A program made the translations under genes and the position numbers. From Pocillopora damicornis (Eukaryota), in contig NW_020846580.1 in NCBI RefSeq assembly GCF_003704095.1, positions 1 to 64,000 of the forward strand: 64,000 bases of DNA, given 5' to 3'. Positions within the stretch are counted from its first letter, which is position 1; each line of letters starts with the position of its first letter. The notes below the pieces were generated by a model. The model had not been told where the DNA came from, searched no databases, and worked only from the letters and a program-made list of their open reading frames with translations. Positions 50,633 to 64,000 of this stretch are shown piece by piece.

Positions 50633-52080
50633 TGAAATGCCAAATGATGTTTCTACTATCATTGCAACCTTCAGGATAACATCCACAAGTCAGTGAATGT
50701 GGAAAAAAAAGACAAGGCAAACCGAAAAACCTAGCAGTTGATATGGGTGTTGCCCCTTTCAGATGAACAGCCCCACTTGCAAAAATTTTCTACAGCAATT
50801 CCTATTTCTTCCACTGATCTTCTCACACTGTGCTTTAAGAATGGACAATTAACCTCCTTTGCATCAAATCTTTGGGGTGCCATGCAACACTCAACCTTGG
50901 CACAACACCCCAAGGGGACTTAAATCCTAATTAGCCAGTATACTCCTAACCTACACCTAGCCATTGATTTTCCTGTTCAGTTAGAAGCTTTTGATACATT
51001 TGAAATATTAAATATTACAAAAATAATTGTATCTGGTGGTACACTTTATAACCCTTTCTTCAATCCTAAGATTGTGTAAAATTCCTATGAAACTGTATGT
51101 ATGAAGTCATAGCACTGGTAAATGAAAAATTAATACACTAGGAGAAAAAAAAATAAATGATATACTCTGAAATCTGAATTCCAGTAAATTCATTTTGTAG
51201 ATTGTCTTTTTTGCGGTAGAAGAATACATAAATGTATTTCAATGATAACAGGCAATTATATTTTAAATCAAACCCACTTTAAGAGATCTGAGTAAATAAA
51301 AAATTCAGGGTTGATTTCATTCATGCCATCAGAAATTGCAGTCAAAGCTCTAAAGTGGCTGAGACAGTCCTAGATTTTGACATGGAAGATTCAGAAGTTA
51401 GTTAGAAGGCAAGTGAAAACAGTCTATGGAAGGCTTAGCATCTTTCAAATGCTTTTCAAATGCATTTCACATGCCTTTCAACTCACAACTTTCACTTGTA
51501 TATGAAATTTTAACACGTAATTAGAATAACAACCATATTAAGACTTGTATAACTATGCCTTGATTTTATTTCGAGTACATCCAGTTTGTGTTTAGTCAAA
51601 TTGAAAAGTCATCTCTTTCAACAGAGACAGCAAAAGAGGACCTCTAATTTCTTAAATTATAGTATCATATCTATAGATGTTCACAATCCACACACCACAT
51701 AAATAATATAAAATTGTTATGAACTCTATATGGTAAAGCTTTAATGAAGGTTATATATTTAGTTCCTTGGTCTGAAAACCCTATACAATAATTATTAGAA
51801 TATATGTCTATAATATCTTAGTCCTCTTATTTGAATATAAATTTAAGTGAAAATAAAAATGTGAATGCAAGGAAACATTTTGAATGTCAACATACTAAGT
51901 ACTTTTCAGGGTTGATTGAGCAGTTTTTAAACTTACTTCACATGAACAAACCAAAAGTTAACAAACACTTTTCTTTTTGCCTGAAGACTATGCCTGAAAA
52001 CATTAAAATGTTTCTCACAATAACATTTTAACTTTCACACAAATTATTAAAATTTTCATCCTAAGTATATGATTAATTTA

Positions 52081-55000
52081 TTATCTAGCAGGTCGCAGCC
52101 AGTTGGGAAGAGGTCTCTCCAACTTCTGTAACAAATCTGCGAGAATTTTGTTTGGTTTTGAGTAATAATCTTCCAAGAAACGCTGTGACTTCTCATCCAT
52201 GGGTACATAATGTCTGCCTTTTCCTTTTCCAAGGCAATGAGTACCACCTTGTGATGTGACTTGACAGTAGAATCCCTTATGCTTATCAAATCTATGCATC
52301 AGAGGGAAGACATAAACAGTGAAACATAAGAAAGAATTTAAATGACTATGATTTCCCGCTACATGTGAGAATAAATGAGTTTCACAAAACTTTTCAAACA
52401 ACCTTCTCCCCTTCCCCCTTCCCCCAACCCCCCACTGCACATATGACCTGGAGAGCACTTTTCATTTTACTCTGTTTTTGGCATCAAATAATCAAATATA
52501 ACAGCTCCCTTAGAGAAAAAGTGAATAGGAGTGTCACTATTCCCCCCTGGGTAGGATGTTAGTTCATAACGAGGTTACTGCCCAGAATTTCAGCAGGTTA
52601 CCCTGACAATTTTCCTGTACCCATTTATACTCCTGAGTGGAGAGAGGCATTGTGAAAGTAAGGTGTTTTGCCCAAGAAAATAACACATTGACCCAGCCAG
52701 GTCTTGATCCCAGACCTCTCGACCTGCAGTCCAGCATCCAGAGTAAAAACCATTACCTGGTAAGACACTGCCTGTCCCTTGCAGAGAACAGAACATAGAG
52801 ATATTGCATGGTCAAGAATTACAGGACACAGTAGCTTATTACTAATGCAGCCCTTATTCTAGTTTCATGGGCAACAACAAAACTATTCTCCAGCCAGCCA
52901 GGATACATCAATTAGGACCCTGCTTTTGCAAACCACATGGTCATGATGAGTCTCTCAATTACAAAATGACAAAACAATATGAAGCACCATGCCATTTTGA
53001 GTTTACAATTAATCAAAACTATGACAAAATTCTCAAATGTGATTGGCTATCACCAGCCTGATTTGAGCACTAATATGACAGTGTACACATCATGCTTGTA
53101 ATTGGACAGTGTAATAGGACAGTTAAGGGACAGTTAACACGTCATGCATGTGCAAGTGGACAGAACTGTAACTGTTTTTTTTTTTTTTTGGGAACATTTT
53201 GTCATAGTTTTGATTAATTGTAACAGGACTTTGTACTGTCCAATTCTGTCTGTAATCATAATTGTGATCAATATACTGGACTCCTGTTTCCTGGTCATCC
53301 GATTTTGTTAATCACTTGCATGATGACAGACTGAATTAGTCTCCACTCGCTTGGTCCTATTACCACTATTAATAGCAAAATGACTCACCTTAACCTCTTA
53401 TTATAGTCATAAATGTTGACACCAAGAAATTTCTGCACCTCCAGCATCACTTGGGGAGGATCTGTCCTAAGCTTCTCCCCATCAAGAATAAGAATCTGAA
53501 CAGTGCAAAAACAGAACAACTCAATAAACCCTTTACACCCTAACATCAGTATCAGTACAGGTATCCTTTCTCTAGCAAGGAAATATAACATTGAAAAAGG
53601 AGCTAAAATATTAAAATGCAGATAGTGTGTCTATGTGTGTGTCCAACAGGTATCCCTTCTCTCGCAAGGACATGTAACATTGAGGTGGGAACTTACTTGA
53701 GAGGGAGAAAAATTCTTCAGCCACCTTTCCAAATTTTGAGCATACAAGCCCGGTAATAGACATCTTAGACCAAGAGCTTTGATGCCTCTGTCCTCAGAAG
53801 AGTTAACACTTGTTATAACCTTGTAGAATGGGTACATAGCAGCTGCCACACCATGGCTTCTCATGTGCTGAAGAGATGCAAAACAATGTAGGCAAATTTA
53901 ACTCTAAAGATCTTATTATTAATCCTCTTCTTTAAATGCTGCACATTTCTGTGTAAACTAGGTACAAGTATTTGGCATTAGATCAAGATAATAACTAATA
54001 AATTTGAGTATTCTCATTACCTGTTTGGATATCAATGTAAATATAATATTGGGAGAAGTTGCATGTTAATCGCTCCTGGGCAATAAACGGATAATATTTA
54101 ACACTCACCTGGTACCATGAGTATGCTCTTTTCATTGGATCTATAAAAATTGTGATGATCTTGGCATTCGGGAGCAATGCAGATACCCTCATTGGCCCCT
54201 TGACAGCATCAAAATAGTTAGCGCTCTTTTCAAACAAGATCTGGTTACTGTGGTTGCTAACATCAGGGAAGAAATCCATGTACCTATCACAGGAAGCAAC
54301 ATCACAAGTTTACATACAAATTTCCATAAATATGGTGGCCTAGAGGCACTTTACACAACTATTGAAAATGGTGATGATGAAGTCTGCAATAATGGTGATG
54401 ATGACCAGGCATTACACTCAAATTTAAGTCCCCATTTACCAATAAAAGTCACAGATGCCAGAGGTATAATCATGGCTACCAAATAATAGGACAGTGGAAC
54501 ACTACTTGAGGTGATGCCTGTGACTAATATGGTTGAAAATCTCACTCTTTGCCAGGAAATCAACTTAAGAGCTCTGTGGTCATGGCCTTGCTTATTAAGG
54601 AGTTTTAAGTTCATGAGTATGTAGTAAAGCACTGGACTGCACAATCCCCAAGGTATGAGGTTGAAAATCCTCTTAGAGAACTTTGATCTTTTTTTTCTTG
54701 CCTTTGTGACAAATGAAAATGAGCAGGCTCTAAACATCATATTCCCCAACATTCATGACCTTGTATGATTTAACCCTGCACTTACCAGTCTAAGCCTCTG
54801 ATGTAATTGTGTCCACCAAAGAATTGTACCTCTTCATACGTGCTAGCACTTTGCACATTACTGATGATGTCTGGGTGCATTTTGAGAAATGCATACAGAG
54901 CTGTCGTGCCAGTCTTCTGAGGGCCAACAACAAGAAGGGATGGTAACTTTTTGCAATTCTTTTCTGGTGACCAGATTTCCTTGTGCCGTGGGTCTGAGCA

Positions 55001-58000
55001 AGGATTCTGTCAATCAAGAATTAATGTTGACATATTTGCAGTGAACATAGGGTAAGAGAGAAGTTATACAAGTTGCATGATGTACATGAAAGACAAATAG
55101 TATAAATAATTAGAAAAAACAAAATAAATTTACAACAAAGAATTTTTTTTGAAAGCTATCACTGGATGGGAAGAGGTTGTTGTTGCCTTTTGTCTTGCAA
55201 GGAATGAAAAAGGTTATTATAATAAGTACTGTACATAACTATTTCATTAAAAAAAAACACCTTGGATGTAGCATTTCTCACCAAAGATTGCCTTTAGCTG
55301 AGAGGTTAAGCAACTGCAAAATTCTAGAGTCTTTGTCCCCCACACTCAAGAAATTATTACCTTTCTTCCTTTAACCCTATAAACCCTTAAGAATCTTAAT
55401 TTACTTTGTTACTAAATATCTTTTCTAAACAGCATTAAGGTGAAATACCTGCCAAATTGGTTCCATCTCCCCAGGGAACATTGTAAAGTATCTCTCAGCT
55501 AATTCAACTGGATGCTCTGAACTTAGCTTAATGTTTGTCCAGCACTGCAAATGCTTTACTAGGCTGTCAAACACAAGCAAAGCTATGCGATCATTGCCAT
55601 AGTTTGAAAGATGAGTCATAAAGATGGAAATCTGCCAAAAAAAATATAATCTGAAAAACTTTGTTGAATTATCAACCCCATATGTATGCATTATTGACCA
55701 AATCTGGCTGTATATTGGCCAGCTTTTTTTTGTTTTTGGGTTTTTATACACCAAGACAAAGCCGAGTCATTTATATTAAACAAAAAAAATTGGGGCCAAT
55801 ATCCAGCCATTGTGACTGAAATAGCTTGGTCAATAAAGGTTTATTATATAGCAAAAACAATTTGGTTTCCTGAGACAAAACCCCTTCCATGCCTTCATAT
55901 TACTTTTGTTTGGAAGCATGTCAATACATTCACAAAACTAGTTTATGTTTTCTTCATCTTTGAATATCTTTACAACATTGCCTAAAAATAATAGACTTTG
56001 CTAGTCATGTGCATTCATCCATTAAAAGTTTTTACTTACAGGATGGTCAACAACAACTTGAAAAAGTTGACCCCCATGAATACTGTCTTCTAGCCACTTC
56101 TGCCCTTTGGGGTATTCTTTCAGGAATATTGTGTGAGTATACAGACCACATGTTTGCCGTGGGAGAACCTAGAGAGATCACCACAATTTATAGTCATCAT
56201 AACATTCCTGTTATTAATACCACAATCTATCTTGGAAAAAAATAAATAAATAAAAACAAACAAACAAAAAACAGCAGAGGCAAATAAAATTTAACCAGAA
56301 AAATTTAACTCTCTGATCTGTATACCTCTTACTAACCAAGTACTTCAAGTCATGGACCAAGTTTTTTGTGCTCAGATTCATGGCCCAAGTGCTTAACATG
56401 CGGGCCTTAAATCCAAGGGAAAAACAAGGTTCTGTAACTATTATGGTGGACAGAGAAAATGAAGTTGGTAAGATATTTACAACATCTCTCTTGGAGACCA
56501 AAACAAACTTTTGCATGTGGAAGGCCATATAGTGAAATTGACCAATCACAGCACATGAACCAACAAAGAAATGTGATAAAAAGTCTCATGAACATCTTGG
56601 TTATTTGTATATACTGCATAAATTTAAAAAATGACTACCCAAAAAATGAAGGCACACCTTAATATTTTTGTATATGAATCCTTTACGGAACCTGGGAGGA
56701 TACAAATGAGGATACTCCTCTGTTGATGTCACTTTTAAGTTGTAAACTCTCTTCCAAGCTTCATAAAGAAAATCATGAGCAGGATACACTCCAGAATGGT
56801 GAGGTGAAACTGCATAACTGGTGTTCACTGGAATATTGTGCTCCTAAATATTCCAAAGAAACATTTGATACTCATGTTAAATTTATTATCCATTCAAGGG
56901 TAATGCAATAGCTTAATGATCCATATCAGTGATGTCTATGAGAACCTGTAGCAGGCCTAAACAACAGGCTAGAATGCCATTTTTAGCCAGCTACTTTTGT
57001 CTTTATTTCCATTATTGCTAATATTGAAATACTACAACCATCTCCAATTTTTGGCAAGCCAAATGGAAACAACTGTGTAATGGCCATTCATTAAATATAA
57101 GGTTAATCCTAAACTATTTAAAATGTCTTTTGCAACAATATGTGTGCTTCCTTCACTCATTTTTTTCTCACCCTTGCAAACTCAAGATTTGTCTTCAAAT
57201 CCTCAACGATCTGATCCAGTGTGTTGCTTTTGTGTGGTTGACGATGAAGCCACATGTGACTGAACCACCAAAACTTGTCCGCATTCTTTATCAGTTCCCA
57301 ATCTCCTTCATCTTCTTCATCGTTCCCTGACAAAAACATACCCCCAGAATATCCCAGGTTGAAGTGAAAGCCTGGCACACGCTCTTGTAGTTTTGCTTGA
57401 ACAGAGACCATGGCCTAAATGCATAACAATAAACATATTGTTAAGAGGACTTAATAACCTTCTTCTCTCTCATATCAGTATTTATATTCTCTTTACAGTT
57501 TTCTATACATTTCCTATAGAGCCTTATAAGAAGAATTTGTTTAATAAACAAGAGCTTCTTTAGTGAGTGATCATTTCCTCAATTCTCGTGCCCTTAATGT
57601 CTGATTCAGGGGTGATATTGTGAGGAGAAACTAGATGCTTGTAGTGATCTCAGGGGTCAAATCCTAGGAGGGTTAAGCACACCAATGACAGAGATGACAT
57701 TCTAAAACAAAGATAACCCAAGCAGCAGGAAAGTCTTCATTCACTTGAGTTTATCGCGAAACATTTGAACCTCTGAATATTTTCCCTTTTCAGTCTCTGA
57801 AAAGGAAATGTTGTGTAAAATAAACATGTTTTCTTGTTGTTCTTGATACTCCCCTTAACAAGTTTCAGCAAGTTATCTTTCCCTCTTTGCAAACAGTCTT
57901 AAAGCCTTTGCCGCCAGCCATACTATCTTTTATGTGAGGGGGAAAAAAAGAGTTAAAACTTGACTTCATTTGCTGAAACTTGTCCTGGGTTTTTATCAAG

Positions 58001-60246
58001 AATAACAAGACAAAACATCAAGTACCTCAAAAATTTATATCATGACATAAGACAAAAATTGATGTATCAAGATTTTTTTCATAATCTTCAGTAAATTGTC
58101 TTAAGACAAAAACTGATACATTAAAATTTTTTTTCATAATCTTCAGTAAATTGACTTGAGACAAAAATTGATACATTAAATTTTTTTTCATAGTCTTTAA
58201 TAAATTGGTGCTACCCTACAGCTTGGGCTTCCTGTGGAGCCTAAGGTCCAGGATCAAACCCTGGCTGGGTAATTATATCATGTTCCTGGGTTCTTCTGTC
58301 TCTCCTTTATGAACTCTAGCATCATTATCGATATTCTCTATACTCTTCTCTTAACATCTGTTTTGGTTTTAACAAGGAGAATTTGTCTGACAATTAAGCT
58401 TCTCAGGTTGGTGATTGTTTCCACTGTTCTCATGATCTCAATGAAAGACTCAGTAGTATCATTGTAAAGAGGAATTAAATTCTGGTCACTCTTAAAGTTT
58501 ATTAAGAGGAGTTTTATTGACTGCTGGTAACCTGTCAGGGAAACCTTAAGAGATGCACATATGGAAAGGTGCGTAACCTTGTAAACCCTTTCACCCTGAA
58601 GATCTCATACGTAATTCTCCTTATTGTCTGCCATTCAATTCTTATGGCGTTGGTTCAGAGAACTTGGTATTGGAACAAATCATAAGTGACATGTTGATAT
58701 TTTTCTTTATTCTCATCACTTGTCTGCTCAATATTGTATTGATGTTATAAGGAGAAATTCTGTCTTGGTCACCCATGTGAGTGAAAGGGTTAAGGACAAG
58801 GTTATGGGTCATCTTGCTCATAAACTGACTTTATCTTGGAGATGATTCTTCATAATCGGCCAGGCTAATCTGTAATACACATGTTATAGAAGCAACTTAT
58901 TCTAAATATTTATTCATTGAACAACTCAATTAGAAAGTGCCACATGTACATACTAAATCGGTGCACATTAAAACAGCTGGAGAGTATCAGAAAAAGAAAC
59001 TTTTCAATTCAATGGCAACAATGAACATTAACATAACTATTATTTCCTAACATTGACGTGCTTTCCATCACATCCAAAATTACTTTGGAAACGATGCATT
59101 CGACAGTTTCGCTCTCTTTAAATTTACAAGCTAGCCATGAGAATAAAGCAATATTGTGTTATAAAATTTTAGTGAATAACTTACCCTCACGTCTTCTTTG
59201 GTCATTCGAATGCCAGCTTTTCCAACGAAAATATCATCAATATCAACTACGATTCTTCGTTCCAAAGACTGAGCTAAATTGCCTCTTGAAACGAACGCCA
59301 AACCATCAAGAAACAATAACTTATGAAGCCAAAAAGACAATCCATTCCCAAAGTAGATACGTCGTACACCATCCAAATGCCCTAGGTCTGTTAAAACTGT
59401 AGTGAATCGCGTCGAAGAAACTCCTTCTTTCAAGACCAGATCTTCAAATTTCACATTATGGGAGCTGGTTTGTTTATTCGTGTTTAATGTTGTATAGGAA
59501 GTTTCCTTTGTAGCAAACTCTACTGCTTCGTAAGTGCTGTGATTCGGAAAGAATACACTCCATTTTGACTTTGGAGGTTCTTCAATAATTCCACCAGCTC
59601 TAGTAAGGCGAAGCACACATGCCGAAGGATTCAATTCTACATTTCGAAGATCACTTACTCCAGCCTTGATGCCGAAGTGAAATTCCTTGAATATGCGCGT
59701 ATTAGGCTCTTGCGCTTCCTGAACTGTAAATAAAACAATTCCGATGCCAAATTTGCGACAGTAATGGTCAAGGAAATGTCTATTTGCTATATCTAATGTT
59801 GCGTAGAACTTGATGCTCTCAAAAATAACTGCAGAAAAGCGTCCGATTTCTCCGTGTGTGAGCTTTGGAAAAACTGTTCTGTCACCAATTTCGAGATAAA
59901 CAAATTCGTAAGGAATACGACTTTCCTCCAGAACACGAGAGATCTCGGACCGAAAAGCAACTGAAGTTCTCCGTGTTGCCAGTAAGACTCTTTTTTTCAC
60001 TTTGTACGTTGCATTGAGACTAAATTCTTTAGATATTCTAGATCCAACCAGTGCGTTTTTCAGAGGATAGCATTTCTCCTCCACAAATACTGGAGCGCGT
60101 TTCACGGTCAAATCTCGCGAAGATTGGTAAACTAGAATCCAACACGAAATTATAGTAAAAATCACTAATCCAATCATAAAAGTCCTCAGTATAGATCCAG
60201 TTCTTAAGCTCCAGCACTTCATCCTTCTTTTTGCCGCGAAAGACAT
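52081..60246 (-). CDS. NDST: Bifunctional heparan sulfate N-deacetylase/N-sulfotransferase, ~895 aa
   Basis: Ten phase-consistent exons: 60246-59185 (TM; [11 protein letters not shown]), 57414-57172 (FWWFSHMW), 56843-56658 ([17 protein letters not shown]), 56168-56040 (VLPRQTCGL), 55631-55449 ([12 protein letters not shown]), 55006-54786 ([10 protein letters not shown]), 54283-54109 (RAYSWYQ), 53867-53697, 53495-53389 and 52291-52081 (CLGKGKGR). Confidence 0.95.
52540..52760 (-). mobile_element. tRNA-derived SINE in an NDST intron
   Basis: The - strand has a B-box-like head, then GTGTTATTTTCTTGGGCAAAACAC..TCTCTCCACTCAGGAGTATAAATGGGTAC. Decayed relatives lie at ~3730-3960, 6640-6800, 33880-34050 and 58220-58580. 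Confidence 0.6.
53003..53350. repeat. Interspersed repeat with an internal 28-bp perfect inverted repeat
   Basis: TTACAATTAATCAAAACTATGACAAAAT (53003-53030) and its reverse complement at 53196-53223. Confidence 0.7.
58050..58207. repeat. ~54-bp minisatellite, 3 copies
   Basis: AGACAAAAATTGAT...TTTTTTCATAATCTTCAGTAAATTG repeated three times. Confidence 0.8.
58582..58793. mobile_element. TTAA-type MITE
   Basis: TAAACCCTTTCACCC...GAGTGAAAGGGTTAA. Confidence 0.75.
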
Positions 60247-62620
60247 TCGTTGATAGCATCACCACAAAGTACAACTACATTGTCTACTACCACTACAGTC
60301 CTAAAATAACGCGATGTCGCATGTGCAAACGTCAACAGAGCTGTTCGAAATTTTCTTTGGGAGGGAGGGGTGAAGAGTAAAACTCAATAGCCAGAGAGTT
60401 CCTTATTTTTTAAGTCCAAAAGAATGATTAAAAAAAAAAGCTTCATAGTTTAAGTTGACATAATAAAATTAATATAAATTTTGTGGCATTTTAGCGGCAT
60501 AAGACGATAAAATATATATGTTTATCTCACCCTCCCCTCCCAGAGATGAATAATTTGATTGAAAGGTTTGAAAACAGCACGCAAATCCCGACTGCGGCGC
60601 CAAAAACGAAATCAAAATTCATCCCAATCTTGATAACAGCGGGGATCGGGAAAGTCTTTGTGAAGGCTTTTCATTCTTCCTCCAGTGTCCATTCAAATAT
60701 GTGTGAGTCACATACACAGAGAAAAAAAAGTGAACAGATAAATAAGATGATGAGTTTTTTATCAGCAGCGATATAATTTTTTTCTTAATCTTACTCCAAG
60801 CGTAATATCGAATGACTGCTGACCTCTCTTTCCACCGAAAAGTTATTTTTAATCGAGTCAAACTTAAACTAATGCGCTAGGTTCGGGATTTTTTTTTCTG
60901 GAAGTGCGTTCTTTAGAGAGATATATGTTTGATCTTCATATCCGATTATCTCCCGTTATTATTTCAGTAAACAATAACTTCCTCTTTATCAAAACAACTC
61001 CTTTATCGACCTATAGCTTTCAAGGCCAAAAATTTTAATGGCCCAACTTTACATTTAATTTTTCATTACTCGTTCAATCGACAGTTGAGATTTTAAAGTG
61101 GAGAGCTACACGGAGGTAGGAGACTTCCATTCAGTGGTGGACTTTCTTTCACAGGATTTGTCTCGTTATCTAAAGTTCACGACTCTTAGAAGGCGGCTCA
61201 TTGAAAACACCCGTTGTAAATCTTATCATAACAACTGCGGAAGCTTATCAAAGAGCTCCGCTGAGCAATACTTTTGCCGATTTCCGATTTACCTTTGGCC
61301 TCTTTTTTCAAAGCGAGTCCTGGTGCTTCTCCTTTCATATGATAATGAGTTGTCATTCACACGCAAATTAAACTCATTTTCATACAAATGGTCAAGCTCC
61401 AAGCCTTGATTCGAAAAAGAGGCCAGAGTTAACTTAGCAATGGCCTACTGCTGCCTCTTTAATACTACGTTCGATCTTGACGCTGACCATGTAAATACTA
61501 CAGTGCATAATTTTGGTTGTCAGGTAAAGAAAATAATTGCTAAGTTTTAGTGTGTAGGCAAGTAGTGTAGTCACCCAGTTTGCGGGGAAAGCGGGACAAG
61601 CGATGGAAAGCCGCATGGTGGACTTTACAGAGCCATAGTTCTTCCCACACCCACGCCGTTTTCACTCTCGAATCACCGAAACTAAGGCAAACCTGGAGGG
61701 CATTAAAACCTTTCCTAATCTTGTAAGCCGCCTTACAAACCAATCAGTTTAAAGCTAGAACTTTTAGCGGCTTGGTCCCCGGGACTTAAAGCTATTTACA
61801 TTGATTCACTTTTGATTGGTTCCATAGTGTAACTTCCTTTGCTTTGATTGGTTATTATTATTTTGGACAGTCATTCGCAATATCATCACAAGGACACCAG
61901 TATCTTGAACACAATATATTTATTTTCTCAAACGTCTTTCATGTCTTTCATATATGCTGATAAATTCTTTATATAAAATCAATATATTCCTCTTGAATTG
62001 TATAAATCTTAAAATAACCGCCAGGCTCTATATATCTTTTAATATATATAATATGTATATAGATTTTCTTTTATTCCAACTTGACAATTTTCGAATGGTC
62101 AAAAATAAGTAGCTTGACTGAGTCAAAAATATGCTTAGTTGATTGATTGATTAATTGATTGAGTGACAGTTTGACATTTTAGTATGTAAAAATAGTTTTA
62201 GAATAAGACACCTTTCGTTGAACAGGCCTACTATTTCTTTGACGACCTTAAGATCGGAGGTAAATTTTGTTTCATTATGACAACAGAGACCGACAGGATA
62301 AATATAAAAATACTGTTCATAGTCTCGTACGTCGCGTCTGAGTTGAAGCTTAGCTTGATACGCCTGTTTTACAGGTAAAGAAACGCGTGACATAAAAAAA
62401 TTTCATCTGGTTCAGTAAGTCTTGGAGACGATAAACGTTGCGTTACCGATCGCACAAAACTATCATTGTTCGTTACAAGCGTGACAAAGAGCAATTCAGG
62501 CTCAGAGTGTATAATCTGAATAGCGAGTGCCATTCTCTCGTTAGCTTATAGAATGAATCACACTAACACAGGTAACCCACTATCTCGCAATCTGCTTTTT
62601 TTTTTTCTACAAGGATTTGA

Positions 62621-64000
62621 TTACCCATGAATCCATTTAGGAAGAGGAAACTCAATCTTCTGGTTCATGCGCAGTAGATTCTGGTTATGTCTGGAGTAAT
62701 ACCGCTGCAGGAACTGTTCAGTCTGCTGACTCATATAAACTGGTCTCGTTTCTTTGAAACCCAGGCAATCTGTCACGTTGGCGGAGGATTTGGGACAGTA
62801 GAGACCACTCGATTCATCGTACCTGTTCAAGAATATCACCAGGAGAAGCTAAATTCTCTGCAATTTCTAGTCCGAAACTAAATATCAATGAATTGACATT
62901 GATCTGCAGCTTCCCTATGAAACTTAATCTCGGGTCGTGCCAAATCTTCTCACAGAGCAATACGTTTCATAAATTATTCCAAGCAACAGAAGCATAATTA
63001 CCTTAGTATTTGCGAATACTCCTGGCGGGTTTCTACATGAACAGCTTCTTGAAGTGTATTCATGATCATGAAGGGCTTGGAAACTATATCATCGGCGCTC
63101 ACTATTGACATCTGCGCGAAATTAAGAATTAAAGTTTTATTGGAAGTTATAATTGATATTATTATATTGATCTATCTTTGTATGGGCTCACTGACATGGT
63201 GCGGAGAAACCGCTCAGGAAACCGAGAAAGGCTTTGGCAATTGTGAGGTTCAATATCGAAAGTGGATCTTTCATCCAAATAGGAAAATCCTCCACTTGTC
63301 ACACAAAAGGTAGAGAAGGGAAAAGAAAACCGCCAACAAACTCGAAGTTCAGCCATATTTTGATTTTGTTAAACTGGTCTACCCTGTACTAAACTGGACC
63401 AACCTGTTTGACACTGTAATGTCTCATCCATCGACCAATGTGTTCAGAGTAGTGCCCAGCTTCTAAAATAGCCCGCTGGATCCCCGACAAACGTTCATCT
63501 CCCTTGGATTTGACGAGATCATCGAAGCTTGGTAGATTGGATCCTTGAACGTTTTTTAGATGCTACATGCAAACAGAACACATGATCGGTTACAAGTAAA
63601 AGTTACCGTTTCCGTCAATTCTAGAATTTGTCACCCGAGCTTTGTATGAAAAGTGAATGTATGGAAAGCATATTTTTAAAATGCGGAATACAAATATTAA
63701 TTGAAGAAATATAATTGCAGTTTATATTTACGTAATAACGTTTCTTCCATAGTATGAATATTAAGATAAAGGAGATTTAGGTCCTTCGCATAAAAAAAAA
63801 ATGTCGCCTTTGAAATCGATTTAGATTTTCCGAATTACTAAACACAAGGTTTTCATAGCAAGGTTTTAAAAATTTTTCGTGCACAGGACAAGCACCTGAT
63901 AATGGTAGAAAGCTCTCTTCACGGGGTCTTCCAGAATGATAAGTATTTTAGCGGACTTGAGGAGATTGCTGGCACGGTACGGTGTCTTATTGTCGGTGAA
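62621..64000 (-). CDS. NDST-like heparan sulfate sulfotransferase-domain paralog, 3' part (runs off the window)
   Basis: Exons >64000-63896 (AKILIILEDPVKRAFYHYQ), 63562-63404 (GHYSEHIGRWMRHY), 63111-63002 and 62822-62621 (YDESSGLYC..DCLG..LQRYYSRHNQNL..LPKW*). Intron positions and phases match the last three NDST introns. Confidence 0.82.

Noticed and set aside
58050-58207. CRISPR-like array
   Set aside because: Head-to-tail minisatellite without unique spacers, in a eukaryotic intron with no cas genes.

Overview
AT-rich, intron-containing animal genomic DNA from a draft assembly with six 100-N gaps. The repeat families look like those of a stony coral or other anthozoan; this assignment is inferred. 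Most entries in the ORF track are spurious, so genes were rebuilt by hand from GT-AG exon chains. In order they are: an unknown Ser/Arg/Pro-rich protein (-), USP53/USP54-family deubiquitinase (+), beta-1,4-Gal/GalNAc-transferase (-), tRNA-Thr(TGT), TXNDC15 (+), CFAP96/C4orf47 (-), RALBP1 (+), AP1AR/gadkin (-), SRP9 (+, absent from the ORF track), NDST (-), and the 3' part of a divergent NDST-like sulfotransferase paralog (-). Introns carry many ~200-bp TTAA-flanked MITEs, other palindromic MITEs and tRNA-derived SINEs. The most unusual signal is a ~770-nt GC-rich non-coding segment (about 1225-1995). It folds into many stems on the + strand and carries motifs resembling eukaryotic RNase P RNA, but is more than twice the usual length. 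Other notable items are a Penelope-type minimal hammerhead motif in a B4GALT intron, a nested 1.5-mer tRNA-derived element with a 9-bp target duplication, and a kB+CRE promoter on the deubiquitinase.
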